Part shown: positions 1-8,645 of the stretch, piece after piece | Position numbering within the stretch: position 1 is the first letter of the stretch | Layout: each line of letters opens with the position of its first letter | From: an uncultured bacterium | Lineage (GTDB): Bacteria > Zixibacteria > MSB-5A5 > CAIYYT01 | Direction: 5' to 3' | DNA: 60,387 nucleotides | Assembly (NCBI GenBank): GCA_903930455.1 | Contig: CAIYYT010000070.1 | Coordinates: 1 to 60,387 of the forward strand | Translations under genes and position numbers: made by a program | The notes under the pieces: generated by a model | Told to the model about the DNA's origin: nothing | Databases searched by the model: none | Seen by the model: the letters and a program-made list of their open reading frames with translations, nothing else

Positions 1-119
1 AAGCAATCTGCGCGCCTGCATCGGAAGAGCGTAAATCGAGATTGCTTCGTTGTGCTCCACACCCTACATCACCTCTCCGCACTCCTCGCAATGACACGGT
101 CTGGGCTTTTTCAACAGTC
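1..119. repeat. Palindromic REP/RPE-like element (5'-truncated by the window edge) followed by an IS-type terminal motif
   Basis: Inverted pair AAGCAATCT (1-9) / AGATTGCTT (39-47) and end motif CTCGCAATGAC (85-95), typical of GTCATTGCGAG...CTCGCAATGAC palindromic elements. TTTTTCAACAGTC (107-119) resembles IS5/IS1182-type ends. Confidence 0.6.
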
Positions 120-229
120 ACATAAAGCGATTTGTCGCCCGCACGAAAATGCTGTTGACAGGCAAGGGGCGAATTAACGTACATGGTGGGTGCAGAGAAG
201 GACAGAGACGTACTTCCGGAGCGTTACGA

Positions 230-661
230 GTGCCGTGTAACAATCTAGTTGAGCAGATTCGAATCACTCTTGATGACCGGGACCGCTTGACCGGTTACCG
301 ATTTATTAAGCAGACTTGCAGGCAAGATGTTGGTGCGCGTTCGCTTCTGACCGAGTTTTTTCTCGGCCTAAGTGTCGAGGAGCTGCTTGCCATCGACAGC
401 GAGCGTTTGTTTGCAGTTTGCCGACCCGAGGACGATGTCAGTCGTTTTTTGCATCTCAAGCATCTGTTTGCGATCCAAGCCGTGCTGGAAGTCTACACAG
501 GTCACTCAAGTGGTGCAGGTAACTCCCCTTGCACTATTGCCGAAATCGGAGATGATCGGGGACAGGTTGTTATTGACGCCGACATTGATGTTGGGTTGGT
601 GACGGATAAGATCAAAGCCTGTGCCGGCTGTGGAAGTGACCTGCCGTCTTTTGAAGTGTAA
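230..661 (+). CDS. Hypothetical Cys-containing protein with C-terminal CxxC
   Basis: ORF 149..661; likely start is GTG at 230 after GGAG (218-221). Contains PCNN, QTC, LKH and CAGC motifs. Confidence 0.6.
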   Translation: MPCNNLVEQIRITLDDRDRLTGYRFIKQTCRQDVGARSLLTEFFLGLSVEELLAIDSERLFAVCRPEDDVSRFLHLKHLFAIQAVLEVYTGHSSGAGNSPCTIAEIGDDRGQVVIDADIDVGLVTDKIKACAGCGSDLPSFEV

Positions 662-709
662 TGAAGACTCGAATCTGCGGTCTTTGTTCGCAGCTCAAGA
701 GCCTGCCAA

Positions 710-1288
710 CTAAAGCAGCGACAGAAAATATTGCTGGAACTTCGCTGATTTCGTCAATTCCGGATGGAATGCCGTCGCGATAACCTTTCCCTGTTGCACG
801 ATCACCGGTTCCTTGCGGCACTTGCCGAGCACTTGTACACCTTCGCCGATCGAGGACACTTTCGGTGCGCGGATAAACACCATCTCCAGCTTCTGATTCT
901 TGCCGTTGACTGTAAACTCGCCGTCGTCAACGAATGAATCAAACTGCCTGCCGTAGCCGTTACGATCCACAGTAATATCGAGCAGACCAAGCGGAGTAAG
1001 ACCGGGGTCGTTTTCAACTTGAGTTGCCAGCATGATCATGCCGGCGCAGGTGCCCCAAACCGGTTTTTTCGTAGCGAATTCCTTGATCGGATCGGCGATC
1101 TGCTGCGATTTGATGAAGCGGTCAATCACTGATGACTCACCGCCGGGAATGACGAGGCAGTCGATATTTGCCAGTTGCCAGCTTGATTTTACCAACTGCG
1201 TAAGGCAGCCAAGTTTGGCAAACACTTCCTGATGTTTGGCGAAATCTCCCTGAAAGGCCAGAATGCCAACCCAAGGTCTCGCTTTCAT
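710..1288 (-). CDS. pdxT: PLP synthase glutaminase subunit PdxT
   Basis: [28 protein letters not shown] and FHPE motifs; ATGA overlap with pdxS. Confidence 0.97.
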   Translation of the reverse strand: MKARPWVGILAFQGDFAKHQEVFAKLGCLTQLVKSSWQLANIDCLVIPGGESSVIDRFIKSQQIADPIKEFATKKPVWGTCAGMIMLATQVENDPGLTPLGLLDITVDRNGYGRQFDSFVDDGEFTVNGKNQKLEMVFIRAPKVSSIGEGVQVLGKCRKEPVIVQQGKVIATAFHPELTKSAKFQQYFLSLL

Positions 1289-2163
1289 CGATACTGTAGC
1301 TGTTCGTCCTTGGGTATCTTGCTGATCTCCAAACCTGGCATCGCCTCACCAAGCGAACGCGACGCTTGTAGCACGATCGCCGGATCATCATAGTGGCCGA
1401 CTGCAGTCACTATGGCCTTCGCTACCACTTGTGGATTGGAGGACTTGAAAATGCCAGAGCCGACAAACACTGCCTGTGCACGCAGCTTCATACAAAGCAC
1501 TGCGTCAGCAGGTGTGGCAATTCCACCGGCGGCAAAATTCGGCACCGGCAGGTCGCCAAGTTGCGCCGTCTTCTTCAGCAGTTCCATCGGTACCCGCATT
1601 TCCTTGGCGAGTTTTTTCATTTTCTCTGAGTTAAGTTTCTTCAGAGCGGCAATCTCGCCATAGATCATTCGCAGGTGTCTGACCGCCTCGACAATATTGC
1701 CCGACCCGGCTTCGCCCTTGGTGCGAATCATAGCTGCCCCTTCGTTGATGCGACGCATCGCCTCCCCGAGATTACGGCAGCCGCAGACGAACGGAATCTT
1801 GAAGGGATGTTTTATGATATGGTTTTCTTCATCGGCGGGAGTGAGCACTTCCGATTCGTCGATGAAATCAACTTTCAGTTCCTGCAGCAATTCGGCTTCA
1901 GCGAAGTGTCCGATACGGCATTTAGCCATCACCGGAATCTGCACCACGCGCTGAATTTCTTCAATTTTTTCAATTGCCGCCATCCGGGCGACACCACCGG
2001 CCTTGCGGATATCCGCCGGCACCCGCTCGAGCGCCATTACCGCCACGGCGCCGGCGTCCTCGGCGATCTTCGCCTGCTCGGCGTTAGTGACATCCATAAT
2101 CACGCCACCTTTGAGCATCTCCGCCAAACCGACCTTCAACTGATAGTCTTTATCTGCTAACAT
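1285..2163 (-). CDS. pdxS: PLP synthase lyase subunit PdxS
   Basis: [35 protein letters not shown] and [12 protein letters not shown] motifs. ATG at 2163 follows GAGGT (ORF track starts at 2190). Confidence 0.97.
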   Translation of the reverse strand: MLADKDYQLKVGLAEMLKGGVIMDVTNAEQAKIAEDAGAVAVMALERVPADIRKAGGVARMAAIEKIEEIQRVVQIPVMAKCRIGHFAEAELLQELKVDFIDESEVLTPADEENHIIKHPFKIPFVCGCRNLGEAMRRINEGAAMIRTKGEAGSGNIVEAVRHLRMIYGEIAALKKLNSEKMKKLAKEMRVPMELLKKTAQLGDLPVPNFAAGGIATPADAVLCMKLRAQAVFVGSGIFKSSNPQVVAKAIVTAVGHYDDPAIVLQASRSLGEAMPGLEISKIPKDEQLQYR

Positions 2164-2366
2164 CGCAAACCTCGCCTTCTCTGACTCCAACTAACACCCT
2201 GCCCAATGATAATACGCAATATCAGGCACCCGGGGCTGCGCAAAACAGTTTGCGCAACAACCCAATTTACACTGTCGGATTTCCAAAGGCAAGGGGAGAA
2301 CTTGGGTTGTATTACGAACCATACCTGTCAGGATTTCCCCAAGACTCCGAAGACACCGGTATTGGC

Positions 2367-2395
2367 TTGACAGTCTTGTAGCAACTGACTATTCT
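2367..2395 (+). promoter_or_regulatory. Sigma70-type promoter of the M16 peptidase pair
   Basis: TTGACA (2367-2372), 17 bp spacer, TATTCT (2390-2395). Confidence 0.7.
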
Positions 2396-2465
2396 GCACC
2401 TTCAAATGACGACGAAGGAAGTACAACTTATTGAACATTCACTAAAATCCTCAAAGGAGCGGATC

Positions 2466-4259
2466 GTGGAGAGACGCATATTGTATGCAGTTTTCGTTTG
2501 CGTGATGATGACTTTCGCCGCTACGGTTCCTGCAGTCGCACAGACAATTGATGCCAAAGAGTACAAACTCGATAATGGCATGCAGGTGCTGATGGTAGAG
2601 CGGCACGATGCCCCGACAGTTATGGCTTCAATTTTCGCCCGGGTCGGTTCGGCGAACGAAGTTCCGGGTATTACCGGCATTTCGCATCTATTCGAGCACA
2701 TGATGTTCAAGGGAACCGAGACGATCGGGACAACCGATATCAAGCGCGACCTTGAAGTGATGGCTCAGCTTGACTCGCTGCGGGTGCTAATGCGGGCTGA
2801 AGAACGAACCATGCGTGAGGAATTGCGCCGGGGAAAGATCAAAGACATGCTCGATCCCGAGGCGAAGACTCCTCGTTATCGAGAAATCGAAGTTGTATTT
2901 GACAGTCTTATTCTCGAAGAGCGCAAATTGATCATCAAAGATCAACTTGATGAACTGTACACCAAGAACGGCGGCTATTTCCTGAACGCCTTTACATCTC
3001 AGGACATGACCGGATATTTTGTGCGTCTTCCCAAGAACAAGATGGAATTGTACATGTGGCTGGAGTCTGATCGTTTTAGCCATCCGGTTTTCCGGGAATT
3101 CTACTCCGAGCGAGATGTTGTCCGTGAGGAGCGTCGTCTAAGTTTGGAGTCGACGCCGACTGGACTGATCGAAGAGGATTTCAGCGCCATGTTCTGGAAG
3201 TCTTCATCATATCACTGGGAGGTACTCGGTTGGCCTTCCGATCTGAACGCGATTACTCGTGAGCAGGCCGATTCGTATTTTGGCACTTACTATGCGCCCA
3301 ACAACTTGACTATGATCCTCGTGGGCGATTTGAACCCTGATGAAATGATCAAGATGGTCAAGAAGTATTTCGAGCGCATTCCGCGTGGCAAAACGTCTCC
3401 TCCTGATGTCGTGACTCTCGAAGAGGCGCAGTATGGAGAAAAGCGGATGATTGCCGAAGCGGAAACCAGCCCGACGGCGGAAATCCAGTACCACACGGTG
3501 GCCTGGAAACATCCGGACAGCTATTCGTTGGAAGTGTTGGGTGGTATCATGGGCGGCAAGACCGGTCGGCTATACAAGAAACTGGTTGAGGAGAAGGGTA
3601 TTGCCAAGAGTTCAGGTGGTGGTGGGGGGGGACCGATGGGGGGGGGAGGTGGCCAGGCGGTGGATGCCTCTCAGGATTCGCGTAAGTACGCCGGAGCATT
3701 TGAGATATCCGCTGAGGGAATCTCAGGCGCCAAACCCGAGCAATTGGAAGCAGCAATTTACGAAGTCATCGATGAGTTGCAGAAAAATCCTGTGCCCGAG
3801 GACGAATTGCAGAAGGTCAAGAACCAGCTACGCGTGCAGAGCATTCGCTCCATTGACTTCATGTCGGGAATGGGTATTCTGTTTTTCCTTGGCGACAATG
3901 CCGCCAAGGGGGACTGGACCGAAGCCAACAACGGTCCCAAGAAATGCGATCTGGTAACCGCCGCCGACGTTCAGCGCGTGGCCAACACGTATTTCGCTAA
4001 AAATCAGCGAAATGTGCTGCTTATCAATACTAAAGTGGAATCTGCTGCCGGTGGTGAGGGTGGTGAGGATCCGCAGTTTACTCAGGCCGTGCAGATGGTC
4101 AAGTCGATGAAAGACCCAGCCAGACTTGAGAAAATGATCGGAATGTTCTCCATGCAGTTGGACAATGTTAAAGACCCCAAGGACAGATCTCAAATGGAGA
4201 AATTGCTGAAAATCGCCAACGATAAACTCAAAGAACTCAAGGCCGCCAAGGACAAATAG
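2466..4259 (+). CDS. Secreted M16 (pitrilysin/PqqL-like) zinc peptidase, catalytic subunit
   Basis: HLFEHMMFKGT inverzincin motif, NAFT, ERDVVREERR, signal peptide. GTG at 2466 follows AAAGGAG (ORF track starts at 2406). Confidence 0.92.
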   Translation: MERRILYAVFVCVMMTFAATVPAVAQTIDAKEYKLDNGMQVLMVERHDAPTVMASIFARVGSANEVPGITGISHLFEHMMFKGTETIGTTDIKRDLEVMAQLDSLRVLMRAEERTMREELRRGKIKDMLDPEAKTPRYREIEVVFDSLILEERKLIIKDQLDELYTKNGGYFLNAFTSQDMTGYFVRLPKNKMELYMWLESDRFSHPVFREFYSERDVVREERRLSLESTPTGLIEEDFSAMFWKSSSYHWEVLGWPSDLNAITREQADSYFGTYYAPNNLTMILVGDLNPDEMIKMVKKYFERIPRGKTSPPDVVTLEEAQYGEKRMIAEAETSPTAEIQYHTVAWKHPDSYSLEVLGGIMGGKTGRLYKKLVEEKGIAKSSGGGGGGPMGGGGGQAVDASQDSRKYAGAFEISAEGISGAKPEQLEAAIYEVIDELQKNPVPEDELQKVKNQLRVQSIRSIDFMSGMGILFFLGDNAAKGDWTEANNGPKKCDLVTAADVQRVANTYFAKNQRNVLLINTKVESAAGGEGGEDPQFTQAVQMVKSMKDPARLEKMIGMFSMQLDNVKDPKDRSQMEKLLKIANDKLKELKAAKDK

Positions 4260-4277
4260 GGTAAGCGTCAAAGGAGA

Positions 4278-5792
4278 ATGAACATGATTAGACAATACAG
4301 ATTGCTGTTCAGCCGGTCGATGACGATTGCCTTGATTGCGGTATTCGCCATCGTTCTGTCCTCTGCCTCTGGAATACTGGCAGACAAGATCGTAGACCAT
4401 CCCGACAAACTGAAATATGAGGAATTGAAATATCAGCCGCCTAAACCGGATGGCTACCGACATACATTGAAATGCGGTGTCACCGCTTATGTGGTGGAAA
4501 ATCCGGTAGTTCCGACTTTCGAATTGACGATTTTTATTCGAACCGGTTCCATCTACGAACCGGTGGAAAAAGCCGGATTGGCGGATCTGACCGGTTACCT
4601 GATGCGCAATGGCGGTGTTCAGGGAATGACCGCCAAGCAACTCGACGAACGGCTTGCTTACCTTGCCGGAGAAATCTCAGTCAATATCGGCGACTCGCGG
4701 GGTCGGGCCAGCCTATTTTGTCTGTCGAAGGACGTCGATGAAGGACTGGGGCTGCTGAAGGAGATCTTGCATACTCCGGTTTTCGATCAAGAGGCGCTTA
4801 CTCGCTACCGTGGGGATGTTCTCTCGGAAATGGAGCAGCGCAATTCCTCAGCGTCCGCCATTGAATCACGCGAGTGGCAGTTCCTAATGTATGGCGACCA
4901 TCCCTCCACGATTCCATTCCGTCAGACGGAACAATCGATTAATTCGATTACCCGCGACGACTTGATCGCTTTCCACCAGAAGTACTTCTTCCCGAAAAAC
5001 TTCATCCTTGCCGTTTCGGGAGATTTCAAGACCGCTGAGATTCTGACTAAGCTGGACAACATGCTTAGCGACTGGCCTGATCAGCAGTTGAATCTTCCAG
5101 CTATATCCGACCAGATTCCCTCTCCCAAGCCGGGCGTTTATATGATCAAGAAGGAAGATGTCAACCAGTCGCGCATCCGGGTAGGACATATTGGCGTCAA
5201 GCGGGATATTCCCGATCAGTATGCTCTGATGGTCATGAACGATATTCTTGGCGGCGGTGGTTTTAATTCGCGGATTGTGCGCCGGGTGCGCTCCGACGAA
5301 GGTTTGGCCTATAACGCCGGCAGTATGTTCGATCGTCCGGTTCTGTACCCGGGTACCTTCCAAGCATGGTTCCAAACCAAGCACGCTACTGCGGCATTCG
5401 GTACCAAACTGATTGTCGACGAAATCAAGCGTATCCGCGCCGAAAAATGCGACGCGGAGATAGTCGAAAATTCCAAAGCCAGTTTCATCAGCGACGTGGT
5501 CAATCCCTTCGCCAGCAAGAACAGTATTGTCAATACGTTCGCGGACGATGAATACACCCATCGCCCCGATGATTATTGGCAGAACTACACGAAAAACATG
5601 AAAGCCGTAACGCCGGATGATGTACTGGCCGTGGCGCAGAAATACTTGCATCCGGATCAGTTGGTGTTCCTGGTCATCGGTGATACGGAGGCCGTGCAGA
5701 AAGGATCGGATAAACACAACGAACGCTTCTCTGATTTTGGGCAAATCACGATCATACCGTTGCGTGACCCAAAAACCCTACAAATTAAGTAG
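4278..5792 (+). CDS. Secreted M16 peptidase, non-catalytic subunit
   Basis: M16 fold motifs (EKAGLADLTG, ILGGGGFNSR, VRSDEGLAY) without HxxEH; signal peptide; AAAGGAG RBS. Confidence 0.9.
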   Translation: MNMIRQYRLLFSRSMTIALIAVFAIVLSSASGILADKIVDHPDKLKYEELKYQPPKPDGYRHTLKCGVTAYVVENPVVPTFELTIFIRTGSIYEPVEKAGLADLTGYLMRNGGVQGMTAKQLDERLAYLAGEISVNIGDSRGRASLFCLSKDVDEGLGLLKEILHTPVFDQEALTRYRGDVLSEMEQRNSSASAIESREWQFLMYGDHPSTIPFRQTEQSINSITRDDLIAFHQKYFFPKNFILAVSGDFKTAEILTKLDNMLSDWPDQQLNLPAISDQIPSPKPGVYMIKKEDVNQSRIRVGHIGVKRDIPDQYALMVMNDILGGGGFNSRIVRRVRSDEGLAYNAGSMFDRPVLYPGTFQAWFQTKHATAAFGTKLIVDEIKRIRAEKCDAEIVENSKASFISDVVNPFASKNSIVNTFADDEYTHRPDDYWQNYTKNMKAVTPDDVLAVAQKYLHPDQLVFLVIGDTEAVQKGSDKHNERFSDFGQITIIPLRDPKTLQIK

Positions 5793-5812
5793 AAGCAACC
5801 ACTGAAGACGTG

Positions 5813-5850
5813 AAAAGAAAAGCCCTCACAGCCGTGAGGGCTTTTCTCTT
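5813..5850. terminator. Bidirectional intrinsic terminator
   Basis: AGAAAAGCCCTCAC-agcc-GTGAGGGCTTTTCT hairpin with A/T tracts between convergent genes. Confidence 0.85.
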
Positions 5851-5907
5851 GGATTGGGCGGGCAAATTTCCTTGCCTGTTTACCCGAAAATTCTATTACT
5901 GATCCCA

Positions 5908-6615
5908 CTATTTCAATAGCAGCATCTTCCTGGCTTCGACATAATCGCCGACCTGCAAGCGATAAAGGTATACTCCCGAGGAGACCGTTTCCCCGTTCAT
6001 GTCCTTTCCGTCCCAAGTGGTCCGGAAAGCGCCGGCCGGAAGGCTACCTGTGACGAGGTTGGCAACTTCCTGACCGACGATATTATATATCTTCAGACTC
6101 GCGAACCCGGGGCGGGGCAAGGCAAAGCGAATTACAGTAGATGGGTTGAATGGGTTCGGATAGTTCTGAGCCAGCATGTATTCTTTGGGAATAAGTTGAT
6201 CCACGTCCTGCTCGACAGCAACTATCAGCGATGGAGTGAAATTGTTACCGCTACCGCTTGTGTCTGCCCGGACATTGACAAAAACCCGCTGGGTTGGGCT
6301 GAACACGCAACCGCCTCTGGATGGTGTTAGCGTGCCGGACCAGCTATACGGGACAGCAAACGAGTAGGCGCCATTCCCGCTGGCAATCACGACAGTGTCC
6401 GGCGTTCCATAAGTCAAAGTCGCGCCCGCTACACCGGCGGTGCCGGAAATCGTGACTACTGACGTATTGGCCAGCGTTACGGTTACTGTGATTGTGGCTG
6501 ATGTCGCGCCAGTTGCAGTTTGGAAAAACGTTCCGCCCGCAGAAGGCAGCAGCGAAACCGGTATGATTATTGCCATGGCGGCCACTGCGATCGATGTTGC
6601 CAGGATTCGACTCAT
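5908..6615 (-). CDS. Secreted protein: putative donor strand, one beta-sandwich repeat and a FlgD-Ig/T9SS type-A C-terminal domain
   Basis: Signal peptide; C-terminus QNYPNPFNPST...WDGKD..G..VSSGVYLYRLQ..RKMLLLK. ATG at 6615 follows GAGGA (alternative start 6627). Confidence 0.85.
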   Translation of the reverse strand: MSRILATSIAVAAMAIIIPVSLLPSAGGTFFQTATGATSATITVTVTLANTSVVTISGTAGVAGATLTYGTPDTVVIASGNGAYSFAVPYSWSGTLTPSRGGCVFSPTQRVFVNVRADTSGSGNNFTPSLIVAVEQDVDQLIPKEYMLAQNYPNPFNPSTVIRFALPRPGFASLKIYNIVGQEVANLVTGSLPAGAFRTTWDGKDMNGETVSSGVYLYRLQVGDYVEARKMLLLK

Positions 6616-6639
6616 ATTAATCCTCATTCGCCCATCTTT

Positions 6640-7557
6640 CTATTTAATCGAGGCGTAGACTCTCGAATAGACCCCTGCACTGACTTTTTCGCCAACGACA
6701 TATGCATGGATGATGAACATAAATCGCTTGCCGCAATACTCCGTTCGCTCAGAAAAGTCAAGATACACTCGCACTTCCTTTGTTCCGTATGGCGGGAGAA
6801 CGAACTCATTCTCGCTGAACCTTAAGTAGGAAGCATCGGGAGCATCTTCGTATCCTTCAGTGAGCGCGGTTACCGAATTGCTTACCGTCAAGCTGCGTAA
6901 CCGCAACAATTGTTCATGTTCACTGTGGTTAGATACTGTCAGAACCGAACCCTTTCGGGTTTCCGGATCATAGATCGTCCCCAGTTCTACATCATCCAAA
7001 AACATCTTCTCCGGATTCAGCACAAGCTCGACGCTGGCATCGGAAGACTTGACTATCTCATTTACCGGTGCTTTCGTGGCGTCGGTAGTGAAGATTATCC
7101 TGGATTTCAGCCCTAAACCTAAAGACATCGCACGGCCTGCGAGAGCCACAGTATGAGACCAAATCGCTACCTGATACTTTTTCCCGAGGTACCGATTTTC
7201 GTCCGGGATGGACAGTGTAATGTCCGATAGAGCAATCTCGTCTGGGCCCAGCACAAAGGTGTCCTGGCTCAGCTTCAACCATGAAATGTCCGGAATCGGG
7301 CTTGCGCCCTTCTTCAACTCCGAACTGTCCGGTGACAGAATATCCATTTTCAAAGCCACACTATCGTCGCAGTCATTGGTGACGCCCAGACGCAGGTTCG
7401 CCAACTGCTTCAAGCTGTAGGTCTGGCCCACCTGCAGGTTCTCGACAACTACTTCACCCAACCCGGTGCTCAGCCCTCCCGCTTGCAGGGGGGTGGCAAC
7501 AACGAGTGTCAGGACAAATAGCCAGGCAGTTGCAAATCCATTTGATGCGATTTTCAT
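6640..7557 (-). CDS. Secreted two-domain Ig-like protein, PapD/DUF916-like putative chaperone
   Basis: Signal peptide ending LQA. Two internally similar domains (PDISWLKLSQDTFVLGPDE / PDASYLRFSENEFVLPPYG, then YLGKKY / YCGKRF). AGGAG RBS. Confidence 0.65.
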   Translation of the reverse strand: MKIASNGFATAWLFVLTLVVATPLQAGGLSTGLGEVVVENLQVGQTYSLKQLANLRLGVTNDCDDSVALKMDILSPDSSELKKGASPIPDISWLKLSQDTFVLGPDEIALSDITLSIPDENRYLGKKYQVAIWSHTVALAGRAMSLGLGLKSRIIFTTDATKAPVNEIVKSSDASVELVLNPEKMFLDDVELGTIYDPETRKGSVLTVSNHSEHEQLLRLRSLTVSNSVTALTEGYEDAPDASYLRFSENEFVLPPYGTKEVRVYLDFSERTEYCGKRFMFIIHAYVVGEKVSAGVYSRVYASIK

Positions 7558-7638
7558 TTTGTGTTCTCCTAAAGAAATAAAGCAGAGATTCCGATTCTCC
7601 GCTTCTTCTTCTCACAATCCGCCTCGTTGCCGATCAGC

Positions 7639-8199
7639 CTAGCTGCCCGCTGTTATTGTAACCGTGATAGACCTCTGCGCTAAAGTTGTCGAGGTTGCAG
7701 GCGCTTCTAACTGCAACCACAAATTCCGGTTTGCGGTCGTCAGAACGGAGGCGCCACTTTGCCCGGCAGTGCCGTTGCCGAAGTCCGTGGCAGTGCATGC
7801 TGTCGGAATTGTGGTCAGCACATCCTCGGCACCGAAAGTGGCTCCCGGCGCTGCAGTGCTAAACATGGCGCTTAATTGATATTCATTCAAATTTGCGGGG
7901 TTTCCTACGGTCCAACCCGCAGGGGTAGTCGCGGACGTCAGGCTCAGCGAATACGTCTCAGTGCCTTCGCCATCATTATTAACTACTATCGCTGTTCCCG
8001 AAACAGTCGTGCTCCCCAACGCCAGTGGTGTTCCGACAGTACCAAAAGCGACTAGTCCGCCACTCGTCACATTTACACTAACGCCCGAAAGAGTCACGGT
8101 GACAGTGACGTCGGCGGTCCCGGCGGCCTGAACAGGCGACACCCACAATACCGCTACCAGAGCAGCCATTGCGCACATTGATGAAAATACAGTCTTCAT
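7639..8199 (-). CDS. Secreted Thr/Ala/Gly-rich pilin/WxL-like fibre subunit
   Basis: Signal peptide ending PVQA. Mature N-terminus AGTADVTVTVTL, internal VVNNDG..ETYSLSL, GWTV and NLWLQL, C-terminal ITVTITA strand. ATG at 8199 follows GAAGGA (ORF track starts at 8352). Confidence 0.7.
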   Translation of the reverse strand: MKTVFSSMCAMAALVAVLWVSPVQAAGTADVTVTVTLSGVSVNVTSGGLVAFGTVGTPLALGSTTVSGTAIVVNNDGEGTETYSLSLTSATTPAGWTVGNPANLNEYQLSAMFSTAAPGATFGAEDVLTTIPTACTATDFGNGTAGQSGASVLTTANRNLWLQLEAPATSTTLAQRSITVTITAGS

Positions 8200-8341
8200 T
8201 TTTCCTTCATCCCTTTTGATGGTTCTTGGTTGTGTCATTTTGGTGAGTGATAAAGAAGCAGTTTTCATTCTTTCTCCGTCCCTTTTCTTAATGGTCCTTG
8301 ATCTTATCTTCCTTGAATAGTCACAGTTCCCCTTGGTTCTA

Positions 8342-8368
8342 TTATCGGTCAATAGTCGCTAGATTTCA
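8342..8368 (-). promoter_or_regulatory. Sigma28 (FliA/SigD)-like promoter
   Basis: Minus strand TGAA-N15-ACCGATAA versus consensus TAAA-N15-GCCGATAA. Confidence 0.45.
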
Positions 8369-8585
8369 GGTGAGTCTCAGATTCCTGTTGCCAGTACTGA
8401 GCAGAAGTCACCATTAGGATCGAGGAGTATCGATTTTGGGACAAAGTAGTCGTCGGTGTTTCAACGCGAAACCAATTGACGGCGATGATGGGGCCATCAG
8501 GGGGCTAAGAGCGTAGGTGGCGTGACTGGTTCCGTGATAAGAAGCTGCCGTTCGAGGTGAACGAGTTGTGACCGTTCTGGCAGTC

Positions 8586-8623
8586 AAAAAACCGGGCGGA
8601 CAGATTATTTGGTCTGTCCGCCC
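8586..8623 (-). terminator. Intrinsic terminator after the 9518..8646 gene
   Basis: GGGCGGACAGA / TCTGTCCGCCC 11-bp stem followed by a T6 tract on the minus strand. Confidence 0.8.
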
Positions 8624-8645
8624 AGATATCGTATCAAGAAAGCCA

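Noticed and set aside
3828-5744. Long antisense ORFs (3828-4640, 4884-5744; likewise 23712-24356 and 25976-26860)
   Set aside because: They are shadows of well-supported genes on the opposite strand and carry no motifs.
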